Positions 9,302 through 19,708 of a stretch of 54,146 bases of DNA are shown in pieces (the first letter of the stretch is position 1; the number at the start of each line of letters is the position of its first letter). Source of the DNA: Desulfatiglandales bacterium (GTDB lineage Bacteria; Desulfobacterota; DSM-4660; Desulfatiglandales; HGW-15); contig JAWLEX010000003.1 of NCBI GenBank assembly GCA_041685835.1, positions 1 to 54,146 on the forward strand, written 5' to 3'. The translations under genes were made by a program, and so were the position numbers. Under the pieces are notes generated by a model that ran no database searches, was not told where the DNA came from, and saw nothing but the letters and a program-made list of their open reading frames with translations.

Positions 9302-9865
9302 TCAGAAGAGAACCGCCTCCCTGGTCGCATCAAAGGCCTCTTGTGCGGCCTCCGCATTCTCTTGGGCGCGCGTGGGGACTCCTTCCTGTATGGCCCTCAT
9401 CAGACTTTCCATAGTCACGATGCCGAGCGCCCGGTTCACAGCTCCGAGAATGGCAGTGTTCACGATCGGTGTCTGCCCGCTGCCAAGGCCACGCCGGTGT
9501 GCAATCCGGCCCGCCGGGACCGTGGCCACCCGAAATCCCTTGAACCGGTCCTGAAAGGATTCAGGGGGTTTGTCGCTGTTCACGATAATAATCCCTCCCG
9601 CCTGTAGCCCCTGCGTCAAGGGCACCTGATCCACTAAAAGCGGGTCCAGAACAACAATATGCTGCGGCTCGTAGATCTCCGTCCGAACTCGAATGGGTTT
9701 GTCGTCCACGCGGAGGAATGCCGTGACCGGCGCCCCACGGCGTTCCACGCCAAAGGCCGGAAAGGACTGGGAAAACCGGCCGTCCAGAAAAACGGCTTCG
9801 GCCATAATCTTGGATGCGACCACGGTCCCCTGCCCTCCCCTTCCGTGAAAGCGAATCTCCATCAT
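9302..9865 (-). CDS. 2-oxoacid:ferredoxin oxidoreductase, gamma subunit
   Basis: MMEIRFHGRGGQGTVVASKI is the canonical PorG/KorC N-terminal motif. Confidence 0.85.
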   Translation of the reverse strand: MMEIRFHGRGGQGTVVASKIMAEAVFLDGRFSQSFPAFGVERRGAPVTAFLRVDDKPIRVRTEIYEPQHIVVLDPLLVDQVPLTQGLQAGGIIIVNSDKPPESFQDRFKGFRVATVPAGRIAHRRGLGSGQTPIVNTAILGAVNRALGIVTMESLMRAIQEGVPTRAQENAEAAQEAFDATREAVLF

Positions 9866-9937
9866 GGCGGCGTCTTCCTTCCTCGGGTGATCCCCGGCTC
9901 AAACGGACTGTCACCTGCTTATGTCCGGGTTGATCAT

Positions 9938-9966
9938 TGTATAGGCCTTTTTCGCCTCCATGTCAA
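9938..9966 (-). promoter_or_regulatory. sigma-70-type promoter for the oxidoreductase operon
   Basis: On the minus strand: TTGACA (9966-9961), 17-nt spacer, TATACA (9943-9938). Lies about 70 nt upstream of the porG ATG. Confidence 0.45.
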
Positions 9967-10205
9967 ATTGGATGCCTAAGACGCGTTTTCACGGCCGCGG
10001 CGCCGGCCTTCCTCTTGCAGCTCCTGAAAAAACCGGTCAAAGTGTTCGGTCATGGCGTCCCAGGAAAACCGTCCCATTGCCTCGGCAAGTCGTTTCCGGT
10101 TGCAGCTTCTTCCAAGCCTGGATTTTCTCCCCCCTCAGTCAGCTCTTGCAAAACCCGTCAGGTACTGGTAGAAGTGCCGGATTCCCGTAAATGGAGGAAG
10201 TACCC

Positions 10206-11681
10206 ATGGTCGACGACCGGGACGACGAAAACAAAGAACAGGAAAATCAGGACGAGGATAACGAGAGCTTTGCCGAACTGCTAGAGAGCTACTCTGATTC
10301 CTCGGGCCGCGGGCTGAAGGTGGGCGACCGGATCTCCGGAAGCATCATTTCTATCGGCCGGGAAGCCGTGTTCGTGGATACCGGGTCCAAGCGTGATGGT
10401 GTCATAGATCGCGATGAGCTCCTGGACGATGAAGGCGAGATCCCCTATAGTGTGGGTGACGAAGTTGAGCTGTACGTCGTAGGCATGACTCCGGACGAGG
10501 TCAAACTCTCCAAGGCGTTCTCCGGACCCGGAGACCCGGGTGTACTCCGTGAGGCCTACCGGAACGAGGTCCCGGTGGAGGGAAAGGTCAAGGCACCCTG
10601 CAAGGGCGGGTTCCATGTGGAAATCATGAAGCTTCGCGCCTTTTGCCCAATCAGCCAGATGGACATGCGCTACATCGAGGACCCCTCGGTCTATGTCGGG
10701 GCGATTTATCCCTTCCTTATAACCCGCTTTGAGGAAAACGGCCGAAACATCGTGGTCTCCCGGCGGGAAATCCTGGAAAGGGAGACGGAAGAGGCCCGGG
10801 GAAAGTTCCTCGAAAGCCTGGGCGAGGACGCGGAAGTGGAAGGAACCGTGACCAAGCTCATGCCCTACGGGGCGTTCGTGGAGCTGGTTCCCGGTTTGGA
10901 AGGGATGATCCACATCTCGGAGCTGAGCTGGTCCCGCGTCGAAAAACCCGATGAAATCCTCCGGCCCGGCGATAAGGTCACGGCACGGGTGATCGGAGTC
11001 AAGCAAGGGGCCGAAGGACGACGGCCGCGTATCGCCCTTTCGCTCAAGCAGATGCAGGGAGACCCTTGGGAACGCGTTAATGAGTTCTGCAGCGAGGGGG
11101 ACCGCATCAAGGGCAAAGTGGTCCGCTGTGCGGAATTCGGCGCCTTTGTGGAGATAGCCCCGGGGGTGGAGGGCCTCGTTCACCTCAGCGAAATGAGCCA
11201 CGCCAAGCGGGTCCTCAAGCCCGAGGAGCTGGTCAGTCCGGGTGATGAAATCTCCGTAGTTGTAAAGCAGATCGACACCCAAAGGAGAAGAATCGCCCTG
11301 AGCATCCGGGACGTGGAGGGCGATCCGTGGTCCACTGTCGAGGAGCTGTTCCGGCCGGGTCAGGTGGTGGACGGCGTGGTGGAACGCGAGGAGCGCTATG
11401 GGCTTTTCATAACCCTGGCCCCGGGGGTCACGGGTCTCCTCCATCGCTCCAAGCTGGAAGGCCTCGTTGACGCTGAGACCATCGACAAGCTGAAACGCGG
11501 GGATCACCTCCGCGTAATCGTCGAATCAATCAATCCACAAGAGCGAAGGATCAGCCTGGATCTACGCCACGACTCCGGAGAGACTGAATGGCGGACCTTC
11601 TCCGATAAACCCGAAGGGAAGGGAGACGTAGGGGCCCTTGGTGAAAAACTCAAGGATGCCCTGGATAAAAAGGAGGACTGA
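10206..11681 (+). CDS. protein with multiple S1 RNA-binding domains (ribosomal protein S1-like paralogue)
   Basis: Repeated S1 signatures (G.I..I....vFVD.G, GTVTKLMPYGAFVEL, GKVVRCAEFGAFVEI, GVVEREERYGLFITL) and an acidic N-terminus. ATG 10206 has GGAGGA 7 nt upstream. Confidence 0.8.
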   Translation: MVDDRDDENKEQENQDEDNESFAELLESYSDSSGRGLKVGDRISGSIISIGREAVFVDTGSKRDGVIDRDELLDDEGEIPYSVGDEVELYVVGMTPDEVKLSKAFSGPGDPGVLREAYRNEVPVEGKVKAPCKGGFHVEIMKLRAFCPISQMDMRYIEDPSVYVGAIYPFLITRFEENGRNIVVSRREILERETEEARGKFLESLGEDAEVEGTVTKLMPYGAFVELVPGLEGMIHISELSWSRVEKPDEILRPGDKVTARVIGVKQGAEGRRPRIALSLKQMQGDPWERVNEFCSEGDRIKGKVVRCAEFGAFVEIAPGVEGLVHLSEMSHAKRVLKPEELVSPGDEISVVVKQIDTQRRRIALSIRDVEGDPWSTVEELFRPGQVVDGVVEREERYGLFITLAPGVTGLLHRSKLEGLVDAETIDKLKRGDHLRVIVESINPQERRISLDLRHDSGETEWRTFSDKPEGKGDVGALGEKLKDALDKKED

Positions 11682-11760
11682 CGCCATTGCAGCCCCCCTG
11701 ATTAATCATTCGCCTTTTTGGGTATCACGCAGGCAGGCGGGTGTAGTTACCGGGAGGGGG

Positions 11761-13125
11761 TCACCCTGAGACATAAAGGAAGAGAGTGACCATTCCCAGG
11801 TAAATAAACAGGCCCATGATATCGTTGGATGTGGTGACGAATGGTCCGGTTGCAAGGGCGGGGTCCACATTCATCTTCTTGAACGCGAACGGAACAGCCG
11901 CACCGATGAAGCCCGAGTTCACGATAATCAAGACCTGGGCCAGGGCCACGACAGACCCCAGGCCGTAATCAGACAACCAGAACCCTACAATCACTCCGAG
12001 CAGAATCCCGCAGATTATCCCATTGAGTAAAGCCACTTTCATCTCGAGCCAGAGCCGCTTCCCTATGTTCACCATGCCTATGTCGCCGGTGGCCAGCCCC
12101 CGCACCGCCACCGTCGCAGCCTGGGTCCCGGTGTTCCCCGCCATTGCCATGACCACCGGAAAGAAAAAGGAAAGCGCTATCATCTTTTTCAAAGAGTCCT
12201 CGAACTGGTTGATCACCACAGCCGCTAGAATCCCTCCGAACAGGCCGGCTACGAGCCAGGGCAGCCGGGCCCGGGATATACGAACGGGTGATTCTCCGGT
12301 CAACTCGGAACTGATAACGCCCGCCATCAGGGTGATGTCCTCGTCCGCCTCGTCCTCAATAACATCGATAATGTCATCATGGGTTATCCTGCCCACCAGC
12401 CGCTTGAAATCGTCTACGACCGGGATACTTACGAGGTCGTACTTCTTGAACGTATGAGCCACATCTTCCTGGTCCATGCTCACATGCACTGAAATTACCT
12501 CTGGGTTCATGATCTCCGACACCCGGGTCTCAGGAGAGGCCAACACCAGGTCCTTGAGAGATACCACGCCGTCCAGCCTGTCCTCGTCGTCCATCGTGAA
12601 AAGGTAGTACAGGTTTTCCACTTCCTCCCGTTTTTCTCTAATTCTTTCTATGGCCTCCTCTACAGTCACGCTTGACCTGACGGCAACAAACTCAAGGGCC
12701 ATGAGCCCGCCTGCGGTGTCGTCCTCATATGGAAGGAGTTTTTCCAACTCCTCGGACACATCGTCCTGCAGGCCCCCCATGATTTCATGGGCTCTTTCAT
12801 CGGGAAGGTCCCCTACCAGGTCGGCCGCATCGTCCGAATCCAGTTCCTTGACGATTTCCAAGAGGGCCTGGTTGTCCAAGCGGTCCAGGATGCTCCCCTG
12901 AACTGGAGGTTCGATCTCCACCAGTACTTCCCCGGCGCCCTCGGGCTCCAGGAGGTCAAACACGAACATCCTCTCTTCCTTGTCCAGGTACTCGATCAGG
13001 TCCGCGAGGTCCGCCGGCCGAAGCTCGTCGATCAGCCGGGACAGGATCTCCATATCCTTCCCGCCGATCGCATTTTTGATCGACGCTATGAATTCCTCGG
13101 TGAGAACGTGATTCCCGGAGGCCAT
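11761..13125 (-). CDS. mgtE: magnesium transporter MgtE
   Basis: MgtE N-domain, a CBS pair and a C-terminal transmembrane domain with the GNTGTQ motif (AMAGNTGTQAAT). Confidence 0.9.
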   Translation of the reverse strand: MASGNHVLTEEFIASIKNAIGGKDMEILSRLIDELRPADLADLIEYLDKEERMFVFDLLEPEGAGEVLVEIEPPVQGSILDRLDNQALLEIVKELDSDDAADLVGDLPDERAHEIMGGLQDDVSEELEKLLPYEDDTAGGLMALEFVAVRSSVTVEEAIERIREKREEVENLYYLFTMDDEDRLDGVVSLKDLVLASPETRVSEIMNPEVISVHVSMDQEDVAHTFKKYDLVSIPVVDDFKRLVGRITHDDIIDVIEDEADEDITLMAGVISSELTGESPVRISRARLPWLVAGLFGGILAAVVINQFEDSLKKMIALSFFFPVVMAMAGNTGTQAATVAVRGLATGDIGMVNIGKRLWLEMKVALLNGIICGILLGVIVGFWLSDYGLGSVVALAQVLIIVNSGFIGAAVPFAFKKMNVDPALATGPFVTTSNDIMGLFIYLGMVTLFLYVSG

Positions 13126-13219
13126 AAACAGTCATCCTTTCAGGGCGGCCCACACACTCGGCCCGGAACCGGGCCGATCGGGGCTGCTTGCCGGCCGTTG
13201 AAATCAGGCGCAAGGCCGC

Positions 13220-14230
13220 TTACATGTTTCGAATCCTTTTCTGCACGAATTCTGCAACAGCTTTCTCATCTTCTACGGCGATTTCCAGATTCTGGAGCGG
13301 CACCTCGGCCCGCGCAGCGCTTTTGTGGCCGCCTGCCGTGCCCAACTTACCGAAAATTTCATCGGCGGTTTTCCCTGCGTCACGCCGGAAACCCGCGTTT
13401 CGAAAAATCACGATAAGCTTCTGCCCGTAAACCCCGGACACAATGGACCAGCTTGCCTCGGCCACCTTGAGAAAAAAGTCTGCGATCATGACGAGCACAT
13501 CCGGGTCCTTGACCGTCCCCATATGAACGAAGGCCCGATTGCGGATGATTTCGTACCGGTCCAGGGCGTCGCGAAAACGCGCCAGGGACTGCTTGGTGAA
13601 CTCGGAGGATTCGATTTTCTTGATGATATGTGTGTTCACATATGGATAGAGATACCGGAACGCCTTGATGTCTCTTTCCGCTGTGGGCCGGGCGAAGTTT
13701 TCCGTGTCCGTCTTGATGCCGTAAAAGAGTGCGGTGGCCAGCCTCGGCGACGGCTTTATCTTGGCCGCGCGCAGGTACTCGATCATGAGTGTGGAGGTGG
13801 CGCCGTAGTCCTCCCTGATGTCGACATAAGGGGCGTCGATTGAGGGAGCAGGCGGATGGTGGTCGATAATTATGTCAAACCTGTATTTTCCGAAAAGCGT
13901 GTTATGGTTAGGTTGGGAATCAACGATGGCCCATCGGGTCACCTCGGCGGCGTTCAGGCTCCGGATGTGCTGGTGATCAACCTTCAGGAGCTTGACCATG
14001 GCCAGGTTGTCCGCGCGCTTTATGACATTGATCCTGTAAATGTTCGTCTTCCTGACTTTCCGCCATAAAATCCGTTTGAGCGCCATTGCGCTCGAAAGTG
14101 CATCCGGATCCGCGTTTATAAGCACCGCGACTGCATCGTCGGTGTTCACCGTCGAAAAGAGCTTTTTGATCTTTTCGGCCGCTGATACGGACTTGGAAAA
14201 CGGGTGGTCCATTATCTCATCCTTGTCCAT
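13220..14230 (-). CDS. nrnA: DHH/DHHA1 phosphoesterase (NrnA-like oligoribonuclease / pAp phosphatase)
   Basis: DHH motif IIIDHHP and the DHHA1 segment GTAGGHKSAA; about 335 aa. Confidence 0.8.
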   Translation of the reverse strand: MDKDEIMDHPFSKSVSAAEKIKKLFSTVNTDDAVAVLINADPDALSSAMALKRILWRKVRKTNIYRINVIKRADNLAMVKLLKVDHQHIRSLNAAEVTRWAIVDSQPNHNTLFGKYRFDIIIDHHPPAPSIDAPYVDIREDYGATSTLMIEYLRAAKIKPSPRLATALFYGIKTDTENFARPTAERDIKAFRYLYPYVNTHIIKKIESSEFTKQSLARFRDALDRYEIIRNRAFVHMGTVKDPDVLVMIADFFLKVAEASWSIVSGVYGQKLIVIFRNAGFRRDAGKTADEIFGKLGTAGGHKSAARAEVPLQNLEIAVEDEKAVAEFVQKRIRNM

Positions 14231-14440
14231 TCCTTGTTGAAGACCACTGACCGAGGCTTCCTGGAATGGACCCTACAGAATGGGCGATTAAAGATCAATG
14301 GGAAACATCCAGCCGGTCCTGCAAACGGAAAGCATTCACTCAGCAGGCCCCCGCTGAAATTGACAAGATTCAGGTCTTCCGTTATAAGACTTTTCCATGG
14401 TCAGTCGACCCGGCCCACAGGATAGGAAAGGCCCTACTGT

Positions 14441-14785
14441 ATGAAAAAATACATCAGCGCCCCGCTTTGTTCCGCCCTGGTCATTCCCGGGCTCGGGCAA
14501 CTCCTTAACCGGGACATGAAAAAGGGCCTCATCCTCCTGGGTACTGTTTTTATCCTCATTAACCTGGCGGGTGTAAAGCTGTACCTCATCGTGGACGCCG
14601 CAATCAGCGAAGCCGCGACCCAGGGCCTTTCGGGCGCAACCCTTGTTCAGCAGGTTCGCTCGTCCGATTTCACCCTGATCCGGGTCCTGGCGGGTCTGTT
14701 CCTCCTGACATGGGCCTATGCCGTTGGGGACGCCTTCATAAAGGGCCGTAAAATCGAGTCTGCAAGGGAGGATGGTGAGCAATGA
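14441..14785 (+). CDS. small membrane protein, unknown function
   Basis: Three predicted hydrophobic helices and a PGLGQLLN motif. Its stop overlaps the next start (ATGA), which suggests translational coupling. Confidence 0.5.
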   Translation: MKKYISAPLCSALVIPGLGQLLNRDMKKGLILLGTVFILINLAGVKLYLIVDAAISEAATQGLSGATLVQQVRSSDFTLIRVLAGLFLLTWAYAVGDAFIKGRKIESAREDGEQ

Positions 14786-15114
14786 GGGCTTACACGATCA
14801 ACGAGATTTCAAGGGATGACCTGGCCAAAATCACGGGCTTTCTGCAGGAACACGCCCTTTCATCCCCACTGGAGGGGTTGTTCTGGGGCCGGGTGCCCGA
14901 CGAACTTCTCGACGAAAGACAAGCCGCGCACCCGGACTGCCGCCCGCATGTCTTCGGCATCGAGGTCGGCGAAGACTGGATCAACCTGGAATTCTTTATC
15001 CGCTCCCTTCCAGACATGCAATGCCCTTGCAGCGGTTACGCGACAAGGCGGCAGTTGGACTTCATCATCGAATTCGCCCACTCCATGATTCAAGACCTCG
15101 GCATCCGCACCTGA
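14782..15114 (+). CDS. hypothetical protein
   Basis: 110-aa ORF with GC-rich third codon positions, coupled by ATGA to the upstream ORF. I recognise no domain. Confidence 0.5.
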   Translation: MRAYTINEISRDDLAKITGFLQEHALSSPLEGLFWGRVPDELLDERQAAHPDCRPHVFGIEVGEDWINLEFFIRSLPDMQCPCSGYATRRQLDFIIEFAHSMIQDLGIRT

Positions 15115-15198
15115 CCTCCTGCTTTCCAAGAAAATTGACTTCGCCCATGGCATCTGGTAAGCAGAAAAGTTCGATTTAATCCCACGGAGGCATGATCC

Positions 15199-18006
15199 AT
15201 GGACTACAAGAGCTCCCTCAACCTGCCCAAGACGTCCTTTCCCATGAGGGCGAACCTCGTAAAGCGCGAACCTGAGATGATAGAAAAATGGGACACTGAA
15301 AACCTCTACCACATCATTCGAAAGGCTTCCGAGGGCCGTAAGCGATTCATGCTTCACGACGGCCCGCCCTATGCCAACGGACACATCCACATGGGAACCG
15401 CCTTCAACAAGGTCCTCAAGGATATCATTATCAAGTCACGACAGATGGCGGGGTACGACGCGCCTTATGTTCCCGGCTGGGACTGCCACGGACTTCCCAT
15501 CGAGCACAAGGTGGATACGGAGCTGGGCCCGAAAAAGGCCGGGATGACCCAGGTGGAGATCAGGAGGTTTTGCCGGGAGTACGCTGAAAAATTCATCGAC
15601 ATTCAGAGAAATGAGTTCAAGCGCCTCGGCGTGACAGGTGAATGGGAAAACCCATATCTGACCATGAACTTCCGTTACGAGGCCGCTATCGTCAGAGAGT
15701 TCGGTAAGTTTGCAATGAACAACGGTCTCATTCGAAGCAAGAAACCGATCTACTGGTGCACCTCCTGCCGCACTGCCCTGGCCGAGGCCGAGGTGGAATA
15801 CGGCCCCCACCATTCGCCTTCCATCTTTGTCAAGTTCCCGGCTGTGTCGGACCTTTCGGAAAAGTACCCTTCCCTGGGCGGCAAGACGGTCTCATTTGTG
15901 ATCTGGACCACTACGCCCTGGACCATCCCTGCCAATCTGGCCATCGCACTGCACCCGGATTTCGGCTACGTGGCCGTTGACATCGGGGGGGATGAGGTCC
16001 TTATCCTGGCAGAGGGCCTGGCGTCTTTCTGCATGGACACGTTCGGCATCACATCTTATAAGGTCCTGGAGGAACTCCGGGCCCCTGACCTCGAGAACAT
16101 GAAGGCCCGCCATCCCCTGTACGATCGCGAGTCAATTGTGGTCCTGGCCCCCTATGTCACCCTGGAGGCGGGGACCGGGTGTGTGCACACGGCACCCGGT
16201 CACGGGCGCGAGGACTACGAGACCGGACTCAAGTACGGACTGGACATATACTCCCCGCTGGACGACGGCGGCTGCTTTACGGAAGAAGCGGCTCCATTCA
16301 CCGGCATGAACGTCTTCGACGCCAACCCGGAGGTCAACCGCAGGCTCAAGGAAGCGGGCGCCCTCCTGAAGGAAGAAGGGATCACCCACGACTATCCCCA
16401 TTGCTGGCGCTGCAAGAAGCCGGTGATCTTCCGCTCAACAGAGCAGTGGTTCATCAGCATGTCCAGGAACGAACTTCGTGAGAAAGCCCTTGAAGCCATC
16501 CGGAAGGTGCAATGGATTCCGTCCTGGGGCGAGGACAGAATCTACAACATGATCGCGAACCGGCCGGACTGGTGCATTTCCAGGCAACGCGCCTGGGGCG
16601 TGCCCCTGACACTTTTCTACTGCGAGGACTGCGGCGGGATCGTGATCTCCCAGGAAATTATAGATCATGTGGCCGGGATGGTGGAGAAATCAGGCGCCGA
16701 CGTCTGGTTTTCAGAACCGGTGGAGGCCCTCATACCCCCGGGAACGGCCTGCCCGTCCTGCGCCGGGAAACGGTTTTCAAAGGAGACCGACATCCTGGAC
16801 GTCTGGTTCGACTCGGGTGTGAGCTACGCCGCCGTGATGGAAGCGCGTGACTACCTTGACAGCCCTTCTGACCTGTATCTGGAGGGGAGCGACCAGCATC
16901 GGGGCTGGTTTCACAGTTCACTCCTGTGTTCCGTGGGTACCCGGGGGGAAGCCCCGTACCGAGGCGTCCTCACACACGGGTTCGTAGTCGACGGGACCGG
17001 CAAGGCCATGCACAAGTCCTCCGGCAATGTTATCTCCCCAAAAGAGCTCGCCCTAAAGTACGGTGCTGAAATCATCCGCCTCTGGGTGTCGGCCGAGGAT
17101 TACCGCGACAACATTCGACTCTCCGGCGAGATCCTGGAACGGCTCACCGACGCTTATCGCCGCATTCGGAACACGTGCCGATATCTTCTGGGCAATCTGT
17201 ACGACTTTGACCCGTCAACCGACCGGGTACCGTACGGGGAGATGGAGGAACTTGACCGCTGGGCCCTCCATCGCCTTCAGGAAACCTCCCGCAGGCTCCT
17301 CAAGGCATACGATGAATATGAGTTTCACGTGGTCTACCACGGTCTTCACAACTTCTGCGTCCTGGATCTTTCCTCTTTCTATCTGGACATTCTCAAGGAC
17401 CGCCTCTATGCCTCGCCTTCGAGCTCCAGGCTTCGCCGATCAGCACAGACCGCAATGTATGAGATCCTGGAAACGCTGGTGCGCCTCATGGCCCCGATCC
17501 TCTCCTTTACGTCCGACGAGGTATGGCCGTACATGCCTGCCTCGGGCCGTGGGCCCAGCGTACACGCCGACCTCTTCTTCCCGGTAAAGGAGGAATATGT
17601 GGATCCAGGCCTGGCCGAGCGCTGGGACGTGGTGACCCGGGTGCGTCGCGAGGTCACTCGCGCCCTCGAGCTGGCGAGAAAGGAGAAACGGATCGGACAC
17701 TCCCTGGACAGCATTGTGACTCTGGGTGTTTCCGCCGAGCTGAAAGCGGCCTTGTCTCCTTTCGAGGATCAGCTCCGAAGCGTCTTTATCGTGAGTTCCG
17801 CACGCTTGGTACCGCTTGAGCAGTTGGATGAAGAACTTGCCTGTGAGGAGGAGGAAGGATTGCGTGTGCTGGTGGACCAGACCACCGAACCCAAGTGTGA
17901 ACGCTGTTGGGTTCACGATTCAACAATAGGAGAAGACGAGAATCACCCCAACATCTGTCGGCGATGCTCCGACGCCCTTCGGGATATGGGGACGGGCGGG
18001 GACTAA
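15199..18006 (+). CDS. ileS: isoleucine--tRNA ligase
   Basis: HIGH motif ([11 protein letters not shown]), KMSKS-like motif (KMHKSSGN), a CP1 editing domain and a C-terminal Zn-binding CxxC pair (CERC and CRRC). Confidence 0.97.
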   Translation: MDYKSSLNLPKTSFPMRANLVKREPEMIEKWDTENLYHIIRKASEGRKRFMLHDGPPYANGHIHMGTAFNKVLKDIIIKSRQMAGYDAPYVPGWDCHGLPIEHKVDTELGPKKAGMTQVEIRRFCREYAEKFIDIQRNEFKRLGVTGEWENPYLTMNFRYEAAIVREFGKFAMNNGLIRSKKPIYWCTSCRTALAEAEVEYGPHHSPSIFVKFPAVSDLSEKYPSLGGKTVSFVIWTTTPWTIPANLAIALHPDFGYVAVDIGGDEVLILAEGLASFCMDTFGITSYKVLEELRAPDLENMKARHPLYDRESIVVLAPYVTLEAGTGCVHTAPGHGREDYETGLKYGLDIYSPLDDGGCFTEEAAPFTGMNVFDANPEVNRRLKEAGALLKEEGITHDYPHCWRCKKPVIFRSTEQWFISMSRNELREKALEAIRKVQWIPSWGEDRIYNMIANRPDWCISRQRAWGVPLTLFYCEDCGGIVISQEIIDHVAGMVEKSGADVWFSEPVEALIPPGTACPSCAGKRFSKETDILDVWFDSGVSYAAVMEARDYLDSPSDLYLEGSDQHRGWFHSSLLCSVGTRGEAPYRGVLTHGFVVDGTGKAMHKSSGNVISPKELALKYGAEIIRLWVSAEDYRDNIRLSGEILERLTDAYRRIRNTCRYLLGNLYDFDPSTDRVPYGEMEELDRWALHRLQETSRRLLKAYDEYEFHVVYHGLHNFCVLDLSSFYLDILKDRLYASPSSSRLRRSAQTAMYEILETLVRLMAPILSFTSDEVWPYMPASGRGPSVHADLFFPVKEEYVDPGLAERWDVVTRVRREVTRALELARKEKRIGHSLDSIVTLGVSAELKAALSPFEDQLRSVFIVSSARLVPLEQLDEELACEEEEGLRVLVDQTTEPKCERCWVHDSTIGEDENHPNICRRCSDALRDMGTGGD

Positions 18007-18500
18007 TGAAAAGGAACGTACTATTCGCCATGACCTCGCTGGCCGTGGTGATACTGGACCAGATAAGCAAGCTGGCCGTGTTGCGGACCATGCGGGTTCA
18101 CGAGACCATTTCGGTGATTCCGGGCTTCTTCAATCTGGTCCACGTCAGAAACAGAGGGGTCGCCTTCGGTATCCTGAACCGCCCCGGCGGGGACCTGAGC
18201 TATTACCTGCTGATCGGGGCCACCCTTTTAGTGGTGATGTTTCTGCTGCTCTGGTTTCGAAAGATCTCCGGTGCCCACGGAAGTGCCGGGTTTGCCCTCT
18301 CCCTCGTAATAGGGGGCGCCATCGGAAACCTCATAGATAGAATTCGACTTAGGGAAGTCGTCGATTTTCTGGACCTCTACATAGGCTCTTTTCACTGGCC
18401 CGCCTTCAACGTGGCGGACAGCGCCGTAAGCGTCGGAAGCATCTGGCTGGCCTTTTTGCTTCTGCGGCACGGAAACGGTAAAGAACGCCAGGGCGGGTGA
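18006..18500 (+). CDS. lspA: lipoprotein signal peptidase II
   Basis: The start ATG overlaps the ileS stop (TAATG). LspA motifs NRGVAFG and FNVADSA are present. Confidence 0.9.
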   Translation: MKRNVLFAMTSLAVVILDQISKLAVLRTMRVHETISVIPGFFNLVHVRNRGVAFGILNRPGGDLSYYLLIGATLLVVMFLLLWFRKISGAHGSAGFALSLVIGGAIGNLIDRIRLREVVDFLDLYIGSFHWPAFNVADSAVSVGSIWLAFLLLRHGNGKERQGG

Positions 18501-18530
18501 TTGATCCGGACCTTTTTCCCCGGGCAAAGC

Positions 18531-19313
18531 ATGTATCCTGATCTAGTATCCATCGGACCCTTGACTATTCATACCTACGGCCTGTTCGTGGCCCTGGGGT
18601 TTGCGTCAGCCATTATATTGACCACCTGGCTCGGCAGGAAGGAGGGTGTCCCTCCTCAGCGGGTCATGGACATAGCTTTTATGGCAATCGTCTGGGCGAT
18701 CATCGGTTCCAGGCTCTTTTATGTACTCCTGAACCTGGAATACTATCGCCGGCAGCCCCTGGATGTGTTCAAGTTGTGGCAGGGGGGGCTTGTCTTTTCA
18801 GGCGGCCTCGTCGTGGCGGCCCTGGCTTTGATCTGGTACTTGAGACGGCGCCGGATGCCGGTTCTGTCCACAGCCGACCTCTTTGCCCCAGGCCTCGCCC
18901 TCGGGCAGGGCATAGGCCGTATGGGGTGTTTCTTCGCCGGCTGCTGCTACGGACAACCTTTGGACGCACCCTGGGCCGTGGTTTTCACCCACCCCAACTC
19001 TCTTGCCCCCCTTCACGTACCCCTTCACCCCACTCAGGCCTACGCCGCCGTCGGCGGGATTGCTCTCTTCGTTGTCCTCATGGTCCTTCGGAAAAGGCGG
19101 GCGTTTCAGGGGCAGGTCTTCATCTGGTACATGATCCTTCACAGTACGCTCCGGCTCGTGGAAGAGAGGTTTCGCGGGGATTACCGGGGACTGGTTCCGG
19201 GGACCGAGATGAGCATGACGCAGCTCCTGGCCCTATTGGTCCTGGTGGGGTCGGTAGTTGCGCTCTACATAATCAAGCCGAAGGATTCCAGCGGAGCTGG
19301 ACCTGACAGATAA
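18531..19313 (+). CDS. lgt: phosphatidylglycerol--prolipoprotein diacylglyceryl transferase
   Basis: Lgt signatures IHTYGLFVALG, GSRLFYV and GRMGCFFAGCCYG. ATG 18531 chosen; an alternative TTG at 18501 is in frame. Confidence 0.9.
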   Translation: MYPDLVSIGPLTIHTYGLFVALGFASAIILTTWLGRKEGVPPQRVMDIAFMAIVWAIIGSRLFYVLLNLEYYRRQPLDVFKLWQGGLVFSGGLVVAALALIWYLRRRRMPVLSTADLFAPGLALGQGIGRMGCFFAGCCYGQPLDAPWAVVFTHPNSLAPLHVPLHPTQAYAAVGGIALFVVLMVLRKRRAFQGQVFIWYMILHSTLRLVEERFRGDYRGLVPGTEMSMTQLLALLVLVGSVVALYIIKPKDSSGAGPDR

Positions 19314-19362
19314 GACGGCACACGCACCGGATATGAAGACCCACGGGCAAGCCGCTGTTCTT

Positions 19363-19392
19363 ACCCGCCGCGCAGATGCTTGCGCGGCGGGT
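19363..19392. terminator. perfect 12-bp GC-rich hairpin between convergent lgt and a small ORF
   Basis: ACCCGCCGCGCA, loop gatgct, TGCGCGGCGGGT. There is no clear U tract on either side, so terminator function is inferred. Confidence 0.4.
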
Positions 19393-19455
19393 GACAAGGC
19401 GGATAAAGACAGGCGCTGATATTAAGGATGGATGCGGGTGTACGGGAGACCGGTA

Positions 19456-19596
19456 TCAGGCTGAATCCTTTGAGGCAAATCCCCGAAGGATCTCGCGGTT
19501 ACGATCAATCCGCTTCTCGTTCTTCTTGAGATTGCCGCGGTTGGGCTTGGCTCTCCGGGCCCGAATCGCTTCGGTTTTTTTGGAGTTGGATGCCAT
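19456..19596 (-). CDS. small basic protein, 46 aa, unknown function
   Basis: ATG 19596 with AGGAGG 8 nt upstream. Reads MASNSKKTEAIRARRAKPNRGNLKKNEKRIDRNREILRGFASKDSA, with GC-rich third codon positions. Confidence 0.45.
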   Translation of the reverse strand: MASNSKKTEAIRARRAKPNRGNLKKNEKRIDRNREILRGFASKDSA

Positions 19597-19708
19597 GGAT
19601 TGTTCCTCCTTTCTTTTTTTCCTTCCCGGACAGTAAAGAAGGGAGCCATCGGGAAGTGATATCCACACGTGCAGGCCTTCAGACGAAAAAGGGCTTTTAA
19701 ACACGCTT

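Noticed and set aside
15147-15162. A sigma-54-like element, TGGCAT-N7-AGCA, lies upstream of ileS.
   Set aside because: The GG and GC spacing fits, but the -12 region is AAGCA rather than TTGCA. A housekeeping ileS gene is an implausible sigma-54 target. I found no convincing sigma-54 promoter near the sigma-54 activator gene either.
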